DNA from: a virus
Length of the DNA stretch: 60,943 bases
Strand: one strand, 5' to 3'
Virus record (IMG/VR): IMGVR_UViG_3300045988_155865
Location: 1 to 60,943 of that record
Under the pieces are notes generated by a model, which searched no databases, was not told the origin of the DNA, and was given only the letters and a program-made list of their open reading frames with translations. Positions 59,953-60,943 of this stretch are shown in pieces. Every line of letters begins with the position of its first letter. Positions within the stretch are counted from its first letter, which is position 1. The translations under genes and the position numbers were made by a program.

Positions 59953-60793
59953 TTTGTATCAATTCCTCCCATCTTTCTTTTGAAATCTTATTATTTGTTA
60001 TTATTAAGTCTAGTCTTTCGACCCAGTGAAGAGGAATTTGTGTTTCAGGATGCTTTCCAGCACTTTTTGCTTTTCCTCTAATACAAGCTCTTATATTGTT
60101 TGGACTTAAATTGCAATACTATCCAGCTTCTTTAGAAGAAGAAAATAGTTTATCTAATTCAATGCAATATACAGGAATTTTTATACCTTTTAAAATTTCC
60201 TTTTTATTTCTTAGTTTTAATATTTCTTCATTATTTTTATCTTCAACATATAACCAATGTAAAGGCTATCCTAATGGAGAAAAACCTGAATAATTTAATT
60301 GTTTTTTACAAGCTTTTTGAATAGAACTATTGTCGATACCAGTTAATCTCTAAGCTTCAAGAGCACTTTCAAAATCTTTATTTAATTCAACGCAATAAAC
60401 AGGTGTATTTATAACTTCTTTAAAAATACCATTCTCCCACATTTCATAGTTAAGCTATTTTCGAAGTTCTTTCTATTCTTTTGTTAAAGTATTAGAATTA
60501 CCACCTTCTGTCATATTATATCCAAAATCTTGATTATTTGAATTATATAACATGATTAATTCTTTTTCTTTTTTATTAGCCTATTCTCTTGTTAAATTTG
60601 TAAATAAAATTTCATGAGTAAAATTATCCCAACCATATTTTAGAATAGCTTTTTTAAAATGGTCATTCCCTTTTCTTAAATATTCACTACCATTTTTACC
60701 CCATCTTCTAGAAATTGACTATTTTGTTTGACCAATATATTTTTTATTATTGATTTTATTAGTATGACAATAAATAATATACTCATTATCCAT
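59945..60793 (-). CDS. GIY-YIG homing-endonuclease-like protein with NUMOD-type repeats (about 282 aa); amber-recoded
   Basis: YIIYCHTNKINNKKYIGQTK-TAG-SISRRWGKNG (GIY-YIG). Repeated IPVYCxELxKxFxSxxEA modules. Stop overlaps the RuvC start. Hand-translated, so an internal frameshift cannot be excluded. Confidence 0.45.
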
Positions 60794-60943
60794 ATAATAA
60801 CATTCCTTTCTTTTATTTTTCTCTATTGTATATAAAAATACAATTAATAAAATAAAAGAAAAATGTCCTTACTACCAAAAATTTTTTATTTGGAAGTACT
60901 ACCGAGTCCGCCTTCTCTAACAGCTGTAGATTCATCTCCATCT

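Overview
This ~61-kb window is an AT-rich (roughly 30% GC by eye) tailed-phage or prophage segment with Firmicutes-style signals (AGGAGG ribosome-binding sites, TTGACA/TGnTATAAT promoters). The left end (1-560) is anomalous: a eukaryote-like (AT)n/(CA)n microsatellite followed by a GC-rich island. From 560 to 12,300 there is an early-type module transcribed entirely leftward. It holds about 25 small genes, each behind a near-identical consensus sigma-A promoter and interleaved with repeated hairpin elements and short terminators. It encodes a HAD-type 5'-nucleotidase, a DEDDh 3'-5' exonuclease, a PcfJ-like protein, a GIY-YIG protein, a duplicated two-gene cassette and several tiny membrane or Cys-rich proteins. 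No TAG codons occur in these genes, and all 15 stops I checked are TAA or TGA. A 1.2-kb non-coding hub (11,760-12,990) follows, with four GTTAG..CTAAC palindromes, a G8 tract and 25-bp direct repeats. From 12,994 to 58,929 there is a rightward late morphogenesis module: tail-fiber-like protein, terminase, portal, scaffold, major capsid, connector, major tail, chaperone, a ~2,880-aa tape measure, four giant tail-tip or fiber proteins and several accessory proteins. A leftward block at the right end (58,945-60,793) encodes a RuvC-like resolvase, a GIY-YIG homing endonuclease and a membrane protein. The central result is that essentially every gene outside the early block is interrupted by in-frame TAG codons only (never TAA or TGA), and frames persist for up to 8.6 kb. 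TAG positions fall at polar positions inside conserved motifs, for example tape measure SAE-Q-MARFAK-Q-ANIAAKELSTTTTAYTDASLIYYQQG and GIY-YIG YIGQTK-Q-SISRRW. This indicates amber reassignment, most likely to glutamine (code 15-like), used in a stage-specific manner. Real stops in recoded genes are TAA or TGA. No suppressor tRNA, release factor or tRNA synthetase was found in this window. Coordinates were derived by hand and may be off by a few nucleotides.
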